64,000 nt of DNA from Lama glama (lineage: Eukaryota). Below the pieces are notes generated by a model that had not been told where the DNA came from, ran no database searches, and saw only the letters and a list, made by a program, of their open reading frames with translations. Where the stretch lies: positions 4,466,001 to 4,530,000 of the forward strand of contig CM052817.1 in the NCBI GenBank assembly GCA_028534125.1. The letters are read 5' to 3'. Both the position numbers and the translations under genes were made by a program. This document shows, piece by piece, positions 21,201 through 31,315 of this stretch (positions are counted from its first letter, which is position 1; the number at the start of each line of letters is the position of its first letter).

Positions 21201-24182
21201 GGTCCCGTGTACGAGGTGCCGGCCACACCCAAGTACGCAACGCCGGCTCCTTCCGCCAAGTCCTCGCCTTCCAAACACCAGCCTCCGCCCATCAGAAACC
21301 TCCACCAGTCCAACTTCAGTTTATCAGGTAGGAAGGTACAGCGGCCAAGGCTCCCCGGGCCATGGTGGTGCCGAGAGCCCGAAACCTGCAGAAATGGACC
21401 CATGGCCTCAGGCACGGGATGAAGAGCCAAGGGGGGAGTGTTGGGTCCCCTCCGCCCCTCCTCCCGGGCTTGGCAGAGGGGGCTGGAAGGGTCAGAAAGC
21501 AGAGGGGGTCCGTGGGGGCAGCACAGAGACACCTGACCCTCGTTTATGAAGAGTCCGCATGAAAACTACCCACGTGTTCGTCCTTAAGCACATCTGGGGA
21601 CACGTCTGCGCTCTTTCCTGTGAGGCTAAACGTGGAGAGGTGGGTCTGCAGGCTGTTTATCCTGCACACTCGTAACTCATGACTGTTTCATCTTCTCACA
21701 ACCCTGTGTGGAGAGCGGTGTTACCCCTATTTCTGTAAGGAGGAAATAGATGCCCCCAAGACATTCCATGTCAAAACGCCAGTACTTGGTGCTGGACAAA
21801 TGTGTGTGGACCAAAACCTCAGCCTTTCTGAAGGCCCTTGGGACACGTGCCTGCAGTTTCATCCGGTCACCACACGAGGGCAGGCGGGCACACGCTGGGA
21901 CCTTGCTTGGGACTGCCTGTTGGAGGCTGGGGACCCAACACAACAGGGACTGTTTGCGCAGCCGGGAAGACATAGCACCTCTCAGGGAGTTTGCCAGCTG
22001 GATCTCTGCTCTCGTGTTATACGATTCCTGATTGCAATTAAACACGGAGTGACATTCCCTCCCTTTTAGAACAAGAAAAACAATGGAACAAAGTTTGCAG
22101 GTAGGGCCCCCCCGACCACCCTTGGTCCCCCGTTCAGCCCCCAGGTCCCCCTGAGTGCCCAGTACTGCTGGGCAGCCCCGCAGCAGCCTCACAGGCGCCT
22201 TCATCAGACACCAGCAGCATCACCGCCGCCCAGTGTCAGGAGCGACTTCCATGTGTCCCTTAAACACCTGTGTGGGGTCACGTCATAGACGTGTGGCCGG
22301 TGTCCTTTCGCCCACCAGGGATTTTCAAGGCACCCGACATGTGACTAGCAAGGTACAGGTATCATGAGGGGAAACCAGGGTGATCAAGCACTAGGCTGAT
22401 TCTGGGTCGTCAGGAGGTTCCTGAATTACCAGGGCGACACCCTGGCTACCAAGGACAGTGCGAGAAGACAGAGGTCCGTTCTCTAAACCAGCTCTTAGTG
22501 GTGTCCAGAGACCATACGACATCAGAGGTGGGAGGGCCTCGTCTGGTTTTTTTTTTAAGGGTGATTTCATTGGAGTCTGAATTTGTAAATCCTGATGACT
22601 TCCGGGGTTCAGCACTTTGTCTTGTTGTTGGGCTTACCCCTCTTTGGCGATGGGGCGATGATGACAGTGGATAGTCCTGTTTCCACCCCCTGGTTTCTGG
22701 GGACATTGGGTCAGTGCACACCGCGTATCGACCTCAGGCTCTCAGCCTGAGCAGACGCCCTGGCAGCGCTTTAACAGACCGTCCCATCAGGTCAGCTTCC
22801 CCCGAGCAGCGAGGTGCATGGCGAATCCAGCGAATGCCATCCTGTGCGCGTTGTGACACCTCCTTTGCCATAAATCCCGGGCTTTGAGATGTTGGGGTAC
22901 AGAACACTTGGAGGGTAGTCGTCTGCTCTGATTTTACAAAAAGGGAAATGGGGCCAAAAGAGGGGAGTGTCTGATTCCAAATTACTGGCAGCATTTGTAG
23001 TGGAAGCTAAGTCTCCTGGCCAGATCTTAGGACCTCCCCCATACCCCTCCTTCAGCATTATCCGTCGTTTAGCCGTTTAATACATGTTTATTGAGGGCCA
23101 GGCACTGGGCTTGGCACTAGAATTTTTAAATTTTAATTAATTTTTTTACTTGGCGGAGGGGAGGTAATTAGATTTATTAATTAAATTAATTTTTTAATGG
23201 AGGTACTGGGGATTGAACCCAGGACCTCATGCATGCTAACTATGCACTCTACCACTGAACTATACCCTCCCACCCCAGTGCTAGAATTTTAAATCTTTAT
23301 TTAAGTGCTAGGGAACACAGGAGATTAGGATGGATGGCTGACTTTGCAGATTTAAAACAGAAGGCTGCCCCTGCCCTCATGCAGATCTGCACATTGCCAA
23401 CAAGGTGGGTAAATCCAGCTCTGAGTAGTTCACACACAGGCACACGCATGCACAAATACACACATGTGAGCACAGTATGCAATTGTACGCCCGTGTGCTC
23501 CCATGCGTAGCACACTGAACACCTTGGGACCACCAGGCGCCGTGCCGAGTATTGTCCTGAGTGAGCTGTCAGAGCTGAGGCTTTGGGGACAAGCCAGCTG
23601 GGGCTGGAATCCTGGCTTCCCTGCCCTCGCGTGTGCCCCCCAGAGTGCAAGACCTGAGCCTCAAATTCCTCATCTGTAAATTGGGGGTAGAACGACAACA
23701 CCTCTTTCATAGTCTTGCTGTGTGCCCTAACCTCAGCAACATATGCTACAGCCCCGAGGCTGTGCTGCACACAGCAGGCGCTCAAGTGTCGGCCCACCCG
23801 TCTCAGGAACGTGAAGCCGGACAGGAAGCGCGTGAGTGGTCAGGGCTGCAGGAGGGTGACCCCAGGGCCTGGAGGGCATAGAAGGGAGAGCAGTGAGCCC
23901 CGTGGCAGTCAGGGAGCCTTCCTGGAGGTGACCCTGGACCGAAGGGTGGAGAGGACAGAGGTACACTGAGAGGAGGGCTCTGTGTCCGGAAGGCTAGGGG
24001 ACATGGTGGTGGTGGGGGCACCCACCCCGCAGGAGTAGCAGGTGGAACGGGTGTCAACAGCTCTCCTGAGTGACTGCCTGTCTCTTCCAGGTGCCCAGAT
24101 AGATGACAACAACCCCCGGCGCACCGGCCACCGCATCGTGGCGCCCCCTGGTGGCCGCTCCAACATCACCAGCCTCGGGTGA
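153..24182 (+). CDS. CRMP1: CRMP1 (dihydropyrimidinase-related protein 1), 5'-partial spliced CDS: join(153-214, 2119-2199, 7132-7200, 9078-9198, 11449-11605, 13108-13249, 13937-14107, 20028-20207, 21162-21327, 24091-24182)
   Basis: Ten AG/GT-bounded exons splice in frame from [13 protein letters not shown] to [19 protein letters not shown]. The CRMP1-specific tail [30 protein letters not shown] is present, and adjacency to EVC matches known mammalian synteny. Confidence 0.98.
449..612. mobile_element. MER5-like DNA transposon fragment
   Basis: gtggttcccaaact...taaaaacacaga...agggctcaagaatt motifs. Confidence 0.5.
893..1100 (+). mobile_element. MIR SINE (one of many MIR fragments in the window)
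   Basis: gcatggattctggagccagactgc...taacctctctgtgct...gaggattaaatgatttaatac...cagtgcctggcaca. Confidence 0.65.
2119..2199 (+). CDS. CRMP1: CRMP1 exon 6 ([27 protein letters not shown])
   Basis: ccttag|CTC ... CAG|gtgagt; 81 nt; not in the ORF track. Confidence 0.96.
3127..3160 (+). repeat. (ATGT)n(GT)n microsatellite
   Basis: Read directly. Confidence 0.85.
3590..5211 (-). mobile_element. ERVL-MaLR (MLT1) LTR 4703-5211 plus internal sequence
   Basis: LTR end tgtattagtt abuts ccaaaatc (reverse complement of the MLT1-int start gattttgg); MaLR-int-like sequence continues leftward. Confidence 0.7.
5309..5460 (+). mobile_element. tRNA-derived SINE (camelid Vic-1-like)
   Basis: tRNA-like head GGGGAGGGCATAGCTCA...GGTTCAATCCCC (B box), (TAAA)n and CCTAATTA..CCCC tail, and a TSD-like aaaac(c)taggtct on both sides. 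Confidence 0.85.
7132..7200 (+). CDS. CRMP1: CRMP1 exon 7 ([23 protein letters not shown])
   Basis: ttacag|GAA ... GAG|gtaaag; 69 nt. Confidence 0.96.
7611..7798 (+). repeat. Degenerate (TG)n tract, CRMP1 intron 7
   Basis: About 190 bp of interrupted TG/CA alternation. Confidence 0.9.
8453..8576 (-). mobile_element. tRNA-derived SINE (same family), reverse orientation
   Basis: T-rich tail followed by the reverse complement of the tRNA-like head (ggaggtactgggggttgagcccaggacc...actgagctgtacc). Confidence 0.85.
8744..8920 (+). mobile_element. tRNA-derived SINE (same family) with an internal second head fragment
   Basis: TATAGCTCAGTGGTAGAGC...GGGTTCAATCCCC, an A-rich linker, an extra GGGGATGGGTATAGCTCA near 8856-8873, then the CCTAATTACC tail. 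Confidence 0.85.
9078..9198 (+). CDS. CRMP1: CRMP1 exon 8 ([41 protein letters not shown])
   Basis: ccgcag|CTG ... AAAG|gtacac; 121 nt. Confidence 0.96.
10322..10817 (-). mobile_element. Solo LTR, ERV1-like
   Basis: Reverse-complement homologue of 58289-58810; termini tgttac...ttacg; near-TSD ctgc/ctgg. Confidence 0.8.
11449..11605 (+). CDS. CRMP1: CRMP1 exon 9 ([53 protein letters not shown])
   Basis: cccaag|GC ... CTG|gtgaga; 157 nt. Confidence 0.96.
12540..13005 (-). mobile_element. ERV1-like LTR ending about 100 bp upstream of CRMP1 exon 10
   Basis: ccttggcttcgcgcagggaagaattcaagagcgagcc...tttatt...cctcctgtctc resembles MER31/MER67-type LTRs; family uncertain. Confidence 0.6.
13108..13249 (+). 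CDS. CRMP1: CRMP1 exon 10 ([47 protein letters not shown])
   Basis: tgccag|T ... GTG|gtaagg; 142 nt. Confidence 0.96.
13541..13565 (+). repeat. (TG)n microsatellite
   Basis: Pure run of about 12 units. Confidence 0.9.
13937..14107 (+). CDS. CRMP1: CRMP1 exon 11 ([57 protein letters not shown])
   Basis: ctccag|GCT ... TCG|gtgagt; 171 nt. Confidence 0.96.
15572..15948 (-). mobile_element. MLT1 (MaLR) LTR
   Basis: ctcacagttctggaggc...ttataaggacaccagtcat...gacctcatcttaact motifs. Confidence 0.75.
16420..16830 (-). mobile_element. L1 3' end fragment
   Basis: ttgagatgtaattcacatgccat...tggcttctttcacttagt...gctgaataatattccattg. Confidence 0.7.
17532..17625 (+). mobile_element. tRNA-derived SINE (short form)
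   Basis: tRNA-like head, A tail, and TSD aaaaagcactttgag / aaaaacactctgag. Confidence 0.85.
17640..18900 (+). mobile_element. Highly diverged L1 ORF2 remnants
   Basis: Recognisable L1-like motifs (tataaagctaca, aattcaaagtgggtcaaaga, gggaatggaaaccagtgccgcctttt); boundaries approximate. Confidence 0.55.
19135..19365 (-). mobile_element. 5'-truncated L1 3' end
   Basis: Poly-T followed by tttacaatgtgttaatttctggtgtgcagc...ccctgtgccctacagtagga; similar to the 47305-47525 copy. Confidence 0.75.
20028..20207 (+). CDS. CRMP1: CRMP1 exon 12 ([60 protein letters not shown])
   Basis: ctgcag|GCG ... AAG|gtgcgt; 180 nt. Confidence 0.96.
20904..21076 (+). repeat. Degenerate (TG)n tract, CRMP1 intron 12
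   Basis: About 170 bp of interrupted purine-pyrimidine alternation ending about 85 nt before exon 13. Confidence 0.9.
21162..21327 (+). CDS. CRMP1: CRMP1 exon 13 ([56 protein letters not shown]), containing the proline-directed phosphosite region
   Basis: gtttag|GTT ... TCAG|gtagga; 166 nt. Confidence 0.96.
23125..23276 (-). mobile_element. tRNA-derived SINE, reverse orientation
   Basis: Reverse-complement head ggaggtactggggattgaacccaggacc...tataccctccc; TSD ctagaatttt(t)aaa. Confidence 0.85.
24091..24182 (+). CDS. CRMP1: CRMP1 exon 14, coding part ([30 protein letters not shown])
   Basis: ttccag|GT; TGA at 24180-24182. Confidence 0.96.
24138..24157 (-). promoter_or_regulatory. Candidate CTCF binding motif within CRMP1 exon 14
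   Basis: The minus strand reads CGGCCACCAGGGGGCGCCAC, essentially the CTCF core consensus. Confidence 0.6.
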
Positions 24183-25070
24183 AGGCCGGGAGAGGAGGAG
24201 CCCGCGTGAAGGATTCTGGGAAGGACGGGCATCCCTTTCCCTGTCCGTGTTTGGAAACCCACAGTTGTATTTGGTACTGATGGGGGGAAACTGAAATGTT
24301 CTTTCCTTTTCTGTTTAGGAAGAAGTGGTACTAGTGTGGTGTGTTTGCTTGGAAACCCCTTGCCCACAGTTGTGTGTCCATCTGAGTCCACCTCAGAGCA
24401 TGGCGTCTTCAGGCCCCCCCTTAGTGAACACAGGTCCTAGCATCGCCTCGTACTGCCCCTCCCGTTCTGACGCCACGGGCTCCACGGTTCTCTGAGTGGC
24501 TCCCTTGCACCCCCGTAGCTGTTCTAGGATAGTTGATGCATGTTACTAAGTTATGTATGCGAGTCTGTGAGTGTGACCGACGGAACGTGGCCAAGGACTG
24601 ATGGGGACACGCTGCCGAGACCTCAAGCCCTCGGGGGCAGCTCCAAAACTCACAACGAAGATGTGTCCTCATCGCCCCACCCACCCCGGGTCTACACGGG
24701 AAGGAAACCCACCCCACCACACCCCCACTGCATCACTCACGTCCTGTGTCAGGAACCCCGGTCTCCGTGGCCCCTGTAACTCACCACGACGTCTTTGCGG
24801 TCTGTGTGTGTCCTTCCAGCCCGCTCGGGACTGCAGGCCGAGCCAGGTGCACACTCAGAAAGGGCTGGCGAAGGCGGGGTGGCAGCTGTCCCCTGTGCCT
24901 GTGTCCTGGTCCCTCCAAGGCGGCTGACGGGCCGGTCAGATTTTTACAGTTTTGTACATAGTTTTCCTTTGTAATCACCCCCATTTTTACTTAACAACTG
25001 ACTTACTGTGGCTCTTATTTCTGAAATCAAAGCTTGTGAAAAAAAATAAAGAAATGGCCCGCTCCCTGAC
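24183..25070 (+). other. CRMP1: CRMP1 3' UTR (end approximate)
   Basis: Runs from the stop codon to a U-rich block followed by AATAAA at 25045-25050. Confidence 0.75.
25045..25050 (+). terminator. CRMP1 polyadenylation signal AATAAA
   Basis: Canonical hexamer about 0.86 kb after the stop, preceded by U-rich sequence and TGTA motifs. Confidence 0.8.
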
Positions 25071-25502
25071 CGCGGCGTTTGCATGTAAGTGGCGGCGGCT
25101 GGGGGCAGCCAGGGTGCCCGTGCTTGGCGCTCCCCCTCGTGGTAACTGGGTGGTGGTGCTTTCTTCCCAAGGACTCACTCTTGTTAGGTCTTAGGGGGAG
25201 TGGATGAGGGAGGAGAGGGAGCCGGTCATGATTCAGGAAATGTGAGACTCAGACCAAGGATAGGAGAAGAAGGATGATGGCTGGCCGTGGGGTTCTGTGA
25301 AGTAAGTTGAAATCACATGCCCATTCTTTCTTGCCCAGCCTTTCCTTGGTATGTTCTCTCTTCCTGTGTGTTATGTAGGTCAGGTGACCTCAGGCTGGAA
25401 GCACCCTCTCCCGAACTTGACATTTGTAACCTCCAGACCGGTGGGAGGTATACATTCTACAGAGGAGTAAAAGCTCAAAGTTGCTTGTCTTGATTAGCTG
25501 TT

Positions 25503-25627
25503 AGTAGTGAGGGTGGTGACGATGATGATGGTGGTGGTGATGGTGGTAGTGGTGGTGATGGTGGTGGTGGTGGTGATGATGGTGGTGATGGTGGAGGTGG
25601 TGGTGGTCGTGATGGTGGTGGTAGTGA
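25503..25627 (+). repeat. Compound (GGT/GAT)n trinucleotide repeat
   Basis: About 40 triplets of GGT/GAT/AGT variants. Confidence 0.9.
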
Positions 25628-28600
25628 CGCTATCTGTACAGCATGCTCTGCATGCCAGATGCTCTACATAGTAGGCACTGTTATTAGCCTCATTTACAGA
25701 TGAGTCTAGAGAGGTGAATAATTCCTCTAAGATCAGAAAGTGGCAGAGCCAGTATCTGAATCCAAGACCAACACATCCAAAGCTTCTTGTTTCTAACTGC
25801 CAAACTTTGTCATTCGCGGCTTTGGATGCGCCTACGTCTATTTTATGGTTTCAGTGTCCTCTCCCCCTGCCCCACTGGGTTAGGACACTTTGGTTAAGGC
25901 CCAAAGAGGTGTTGGCTCAGGGTCAGTTATGGGTTTTCTCGAAACAAGGCTAAATATGGAGAAAGGTCAGCAAGGGAAGGTAATGGCTTTTGATGTTTGG
26001 CCTTGGCCCATTGGGACTCCCAAAGGGCAAAACAGAAGCTCCTAGAAGAGTAAGATTGGCAGCAATAAGGTACCCACCCTGCTCTCAGGAGAGCGCTTTC
26101 TGGCTCCCGCATCACTCCCAGCCCATCGGGGGCAGAAACTGAAGCAGAAGCAGCCGTAACATCCTCCCTCTAAGACCAACGCTGAAGTGGCCTTTGCCTC
26201 GCTCCCAGGTCACAGGGCCACTGCCCAGTCGGCATAACCTGCTGAGGGGGCCGGCACCCCCGTCCTACATCAGGTTCCCTGGGACCCCCAGGAGGCACAG
26301 TCACAGGGGTCCTGGCAGCTGCAGGACAGACAAGATTCACTTTTTCCTGGAAGCCTGAGCTGCAGCATCCTTTCTGAGGAGTATTCTTTTCATTCATCTC
26401 TTGAGATGGTGGGATGGCACTTCATGGGGAGGCTCTCCATCCTCTTGCTCACTCAGCTGCACCCTTGCTTCCCCTCTGCCGTGTAGCATGGCAGTCATGG
26501 GTCCCAGGGGTCAGGATGTGGGTGCCCTGGGGTGGGGGCGCTACTCTGCCACTGCAGTAGCCTCAGTTTCCTCCCAGAAATTTTATCTTTGACACTTAGG
26601 TCCCTGACCCATCTCTCATTAATCCTTGTGTATAATGTAAAGTAGGGCTCAAGGCTCACTTTTTTCCATACAGAATCCGATTGACCCAGTGCCCTTGACT
26701 GAAAAGACCAGACCAGATCGTCTTTTCAACCAAGGGCACTGGGGGGATTAGATGCTCTATGGAGAAAATGCAGCTTTGCCCCATTAAGTTGCAGCGGAGC
26801 CTTCGTTGCAGATCAGGTGGCCACAGTGAGCGGTCTTCTCATCCAGTGGTCCTGAGGTGCGCTGTTCAATGTTGGACACCGGGCTGGGAGCCGTTTGTAG
26901 TGTCTGCTAACTTCTGTGGTGCAAATACGCTCACTGTAGCAAATTTCAAGCTACCGACATGGAGCCTGGGAGCTTGCAATCCATACAGTGTGATTGTGCA
27001 ATCCATACAGCCCTGGTGTCCCAGTAAGGGCCAGTGCGTTCACAGTGTCACTGGCCTCATGTTCTCCTCCAGTGATGTCAATTCTTGGAGCAAGAGAGCA
27101 AGAAAAGGGAATTCCTGAACAAAACGGGCTTCTACCAAGTTGAAATGTCCCTCCTCCCTCCCTCCCTCTTTCCTTCTCAGACACCAGGGTCCGAGCAGTG
27201 CTTGTTTCGTACCAGACTGCCTGCTAGTTAGGAGAATGTGAGGGCTATACATTCCAGCAGGAAGGTCACATAGTAGCCAAACTGTTACCCAAAGCATCTA
27301 ATTGCACAGGTGTTAAGTGGGCTACAAAGGAAGCATCTTGCAGCGAGTTGAGAATGTCGACCTTCCGCTCCTCGTGTCTCCATAGCGGGAGGGGCGTGCA
27401 CACTCTGGGGGAGAAACACGACTCTCCTGGCCCCTCGCTCACTCATCCTCCCCAGGCCAGGAAAAGCACCTGATTTCTCAGAGCTGAGCGTGCCACGGGG
27501 CCCCCTCCCTCCCTCCGCAGAGATGACTGGCCCATAGGAAACACATCTCCTCTGTCGCGAATTTACCCCAAAGTTAATGATGCTCAAGCTTCAGGCCCCT
27601 CGTTGCACAGATCCATCCCTGGGCCCCGAGGGTGGGCTGGTGACAAGTCTGGGGAGTCAGATTTACCTGAGTCGGGGTTAAGAGCACCAGCACCTTCCAC
27701 TCTCACGTCCCGAGTGTCGAGTGGCCCTGGGAGGCCGTGGGACTTGCTGGGATCTGGGTTAAGGCAGGTTGAGCTGGATTTAGTGTGGTGGGTATGAGGG
27801 CGGTGCAGGTGCTGCTGGCCAGCCCAGGCACACATGGCCACTCCCAGGGCCAACTCCCCTACATAGCGACAAGTAGTCAGCCAGGAGACAGGACGCAAAT
27901 GTGCCCCACGGTGCCCAGCACTGGACGCGCTCCCAGACCGGAAGCGTGCCCAGCACCAAGGAGGGGGCGTGCTGAGGCCAGTGCGCAGTCAGAAGCGGGT
28001 CCGGGGGAACCTCCCAGCCGTCAGAGGCAAGGAGCAGTGAGGGGAGAAATCAGTGTTAGGACAAATGACCATGGAAGTGGGTCAGGCAATTCATCTATTT
28101 AAAAAATTATTTTTTGGTGAGGAGGAGCTGAGATTTTGTGAAATTCATCAGGCTTTAAAAATATAATTCGATCTGATCTCCTCTCTCATCCTAAATACAT
28201 ATTCACTTTATACCTTTTATAATTTTGTCTTTTATGAAACTCTCCTCCCCAAGATGTAAAGCCCCAGGCCACTCCTCCCGCCAGCCTCCAGGTCCCGGTC
28301 CCCTTGCTGCTCCTCTCAGTGTGTTTTGGGGCGTCCCCACTGTGGAGGCTTGTGAGTGGGGCCACGTCTGTGTCTGTGTGGGGGCGGGCAGATTTGGCTC
28401 TGGGGAAGGTATGAGCAGGCTCCTTGTGGACACAGTCCCCCAGAGGGGCCTCATCAGTTACAAAAATTATATGCAGATCTCTGTCTGTCTGCCTGCTTGG
28501 CCTCTATCTCAGCTGGTTCCAGACTTGGACAGGAAATAAAGGAATGGTATTTACCATCCCCTCCCCCATTCTAGCAGCAAAACACACAGATAGTGCTAAG

Positions 28601-29846
28601 AGCAAAAGAGGGGGGGTCAGAGTTAGTTTTGGGGGCAGGGAAGGGTCTGGAAGCTGTGAGCCCTGTTGTTGAGATAGGAACAAGGACCAGGAGCTAATGA
28701 GGCAAAAGGGATGGGAGGATGCGGGGGTGTTCCAAGCAGAAGAATGTCACATACCAAGGCTGTGGTAGGCAGGTGTGACAGAGGCCAAGGCCGTAAGCTG
28801 GGCTGCCGAGTGGCCGGTACCAGACATCAAAGGGCCCTGCGGTCTGTGTGAATGATTTTGCTGCTTCTCCTAAGAGCAAGGGAACATCACTGAAGAGCAT
28901 CAGTCAGAGCTGTGTTTTAGAAAGTGCGGGCAGATTAGAGGAGGCTGGGGCAGGGCAGGAGGGGAGAGGAGCAGCAGTTAGGAGGCTTCTGCAGCAGCAG
29001 CAAGAGGTAATGAAGACAAGACAGACCCCAGGCTGGCTGGAGAAGCCCTAGGAGCGTGTTGGCCTTATATGCCCCGTTGACTTCATCCTAGCAGCTCAGA
29101 TCGGATCAGAGGCTAAATTTGCATTAAAATCAATCCACTAAACTCCTTGCTACATCATCACTCATGATTCCCTCCCATCTTCACCTCCTTCCATCACTGT
29201 AACAATTCACAGCCCATAATGAGAACTGGGAACACTACCACCCCAGTGGAGGGAGGGCGACTGGGATGTGTCCTCGGGGTCTTCTTGCTGGTCCTTCTCC
29301 CCCACCGGCCCTGGGTGTGCTGGGTGCGTGCAGCTCAGTCCCAGGCCTGAAAGTCCTCATCCTGGGTGTCCCAGAGCCTGTGCTGACGGTCTGCTGAGTG
29401 TCCTGTGGCTTCCAGGTTTATTTTGCCCAAGGAGTGAAAGGGGCCCCTCCACGTTCCTCTCACGGAAGACACAACCCACAAGGCTTTATAGAGAATTACG
29501 TGCCTCACACTGTGCCAAGCAGTCCAGCAGCTTGTAACATATGACATGTGACATACTCCCTTGGGCTAAGGAAGCTGCACTTAGGAAGTAAAGCCACTAT
29601 CCACGCAAGATGGGTGGACAATGAATCTAAACTGCCTGTTTTTCCAGAGATCCTGGTGCTGCCGGGGCGTCTGCATTTACCAAACTTAAGTCCCCAAGCC
29701 AGACATTCCCAACATAGCAGCTGTCTCCCTCCAGAATGCCTCTGTGCAGGGGACCTAAGTGACAAAAGCAGTGTCTATGTAAAACAGGTTCTCAAAATGT
29801 TGCAGGAAGCCATAGCTTGTCCCTACTCTGCAAAATAGTGAAATGT

Positions 29847-29852
29847 TTTATT
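29847..29852 (-). terminator. Candidate EVC polyadenylation signal (AATAAA on the minus strand)
   Basis: tttatt on + about 1.5 kb past the EVC stop. Another copy lies at 29417-29422; usage cannot be determined from sequence. Confidence 0.45.
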
Positions 29853-30149
29853 TAGCCACAAGAGGGCACTGTTGGTTAACTTTGGAAATCCTGCCTGGGG
29901 ACCAGTCAGGACGAGGATGCTATGATGTTAAGCATGTCTAACAAATGAAGTAACTAGCATGGATTCCTTCTTCTGTTAAGGGGCAACTCTTTCCTGACTA
30001 AAGAGAATTTAATTTAAGCTTTAAAAAATAAAAATGCAGATCACAGATGGCCCAGAAAATCCCTGAAACAGGGGCTCCCAGAACCAGGTGCCCCCTCCGT
30101 GAGCAGCAATTCGTGGGAACACTGAGCTTCCATCCCAGACCTTCCCTGG

Positions 30150-30375
30150 GCCGGCACACTTCGACTCAGATCCATGGGTGGTGCCCCTGAAGGAACATCT
30201 GACAGTGTCTGAGGCATTTTTGGTTGTCACAACATTTTGGGGCACTGGGGGGAGTGCTCCCGGCATCTGGTGGGAGAGGCCAGGGACGCTGCTGAACATC
30301 CCATAATGCACAGGATGGCCCCACCCCCCCCCCAGACAGAGAGTTGTCACACTCAAGATGTTCAGCCCTGAGAAT
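30150..30375. mobile_element. MER20-like hAT DNA transposon in the putative EVC 3' UTR
   Basis: ggcatttttggttgtcacaac...ggcatctggtgggagaggccagggacgctgctgaacatcccataatgcacagga. Confidence 0.7.
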
Positions 30376-31315
30376 GACAATCCTTGATTTCAGTGAAACA
30401 AGTCATTTTCCTTCCAGGTGGGAAGGGCCTCTCCTGACAGTGGCTGATCTGGAAGCTTCTGGATATCGTCACCATCCAGGGGACAAGCATTTCTCCCGCG
30501 GGGTCGGGGGGCTGCTGTCTGGCAGAAGAACTCATCCCTCCAGGGGAGTCCAAGGGCTGGGCAGGGCCTCCTTCCTGGCACTTTAAGTGTCTCCAACAGA
30601 AGACACAGCTGCAGGTGTCATTACGTCTCTGTGGGTCCTCAGGTCCCCAGGGTGGGTGAGGACAGGCCTGCAGGTCAGGGATTCCATGGTCTAGGTCAGG
30701 ATCGTGGGGCCCTGAGACTCAGATTCTCACGTCATGACCAGGCCTTAGCTGCTGGCTGAGCCCAAGAAAGGAATAGGTCCTGATGAGAATTCATGCAGCC
30801 AGTGGTCACAGGACAGAGAGAAAGGAGGTGATGGAAATGGAAGAGAAAGGATCTTGGGCCCAGAAAACACCAGCAACACCTGGAGACCCCTTCACTTCCT
30901 GCAGAACTTCACCCGGAGGCTGGGGAGCGGAGGCCCCGTGGCGGGAATGAGACGACGTCACGCTCTCGGGGGGCAGGTTCGGGTGCAAGTGGGAGGGGCA
31001 GTGCTACAGAGAGCCAGGAAGGAGGGGGGTCCCCAAGGGACAGAGCCATGTCACGAAGCCAAGGAGACACAAAACTGGAAAAGGCCTGTTTCCAACATGG
31101 TGGTTTATAACTGACACAGGCGGGAGGGTCCGCCACACTCATTTATGCCTTTTTTCGGACTTTTATATCCATTCTCCATCCCGCACAACAAGCCCGTGCG
31201 CAGAGGGGAGACCCCACCATCCCCCAGGGTGGCCAGGTTTGCCTTCACCACCTGGGGGAGGGGCAGCCAGCATTCAGACTCAGTCTCCAGGTTCCACTCC
31301 CCGACCAGCCGTGAG

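Noticed and set aside
153..24182. Dihydropyrimidinase (DPYS) enzyme or another DPYSL paralogue
   Set aside because: It has the non-catalytic CRMP pattern (e.g. YITKV, GSGHC), the CRMP1-specific tail, and synteny with EVC.
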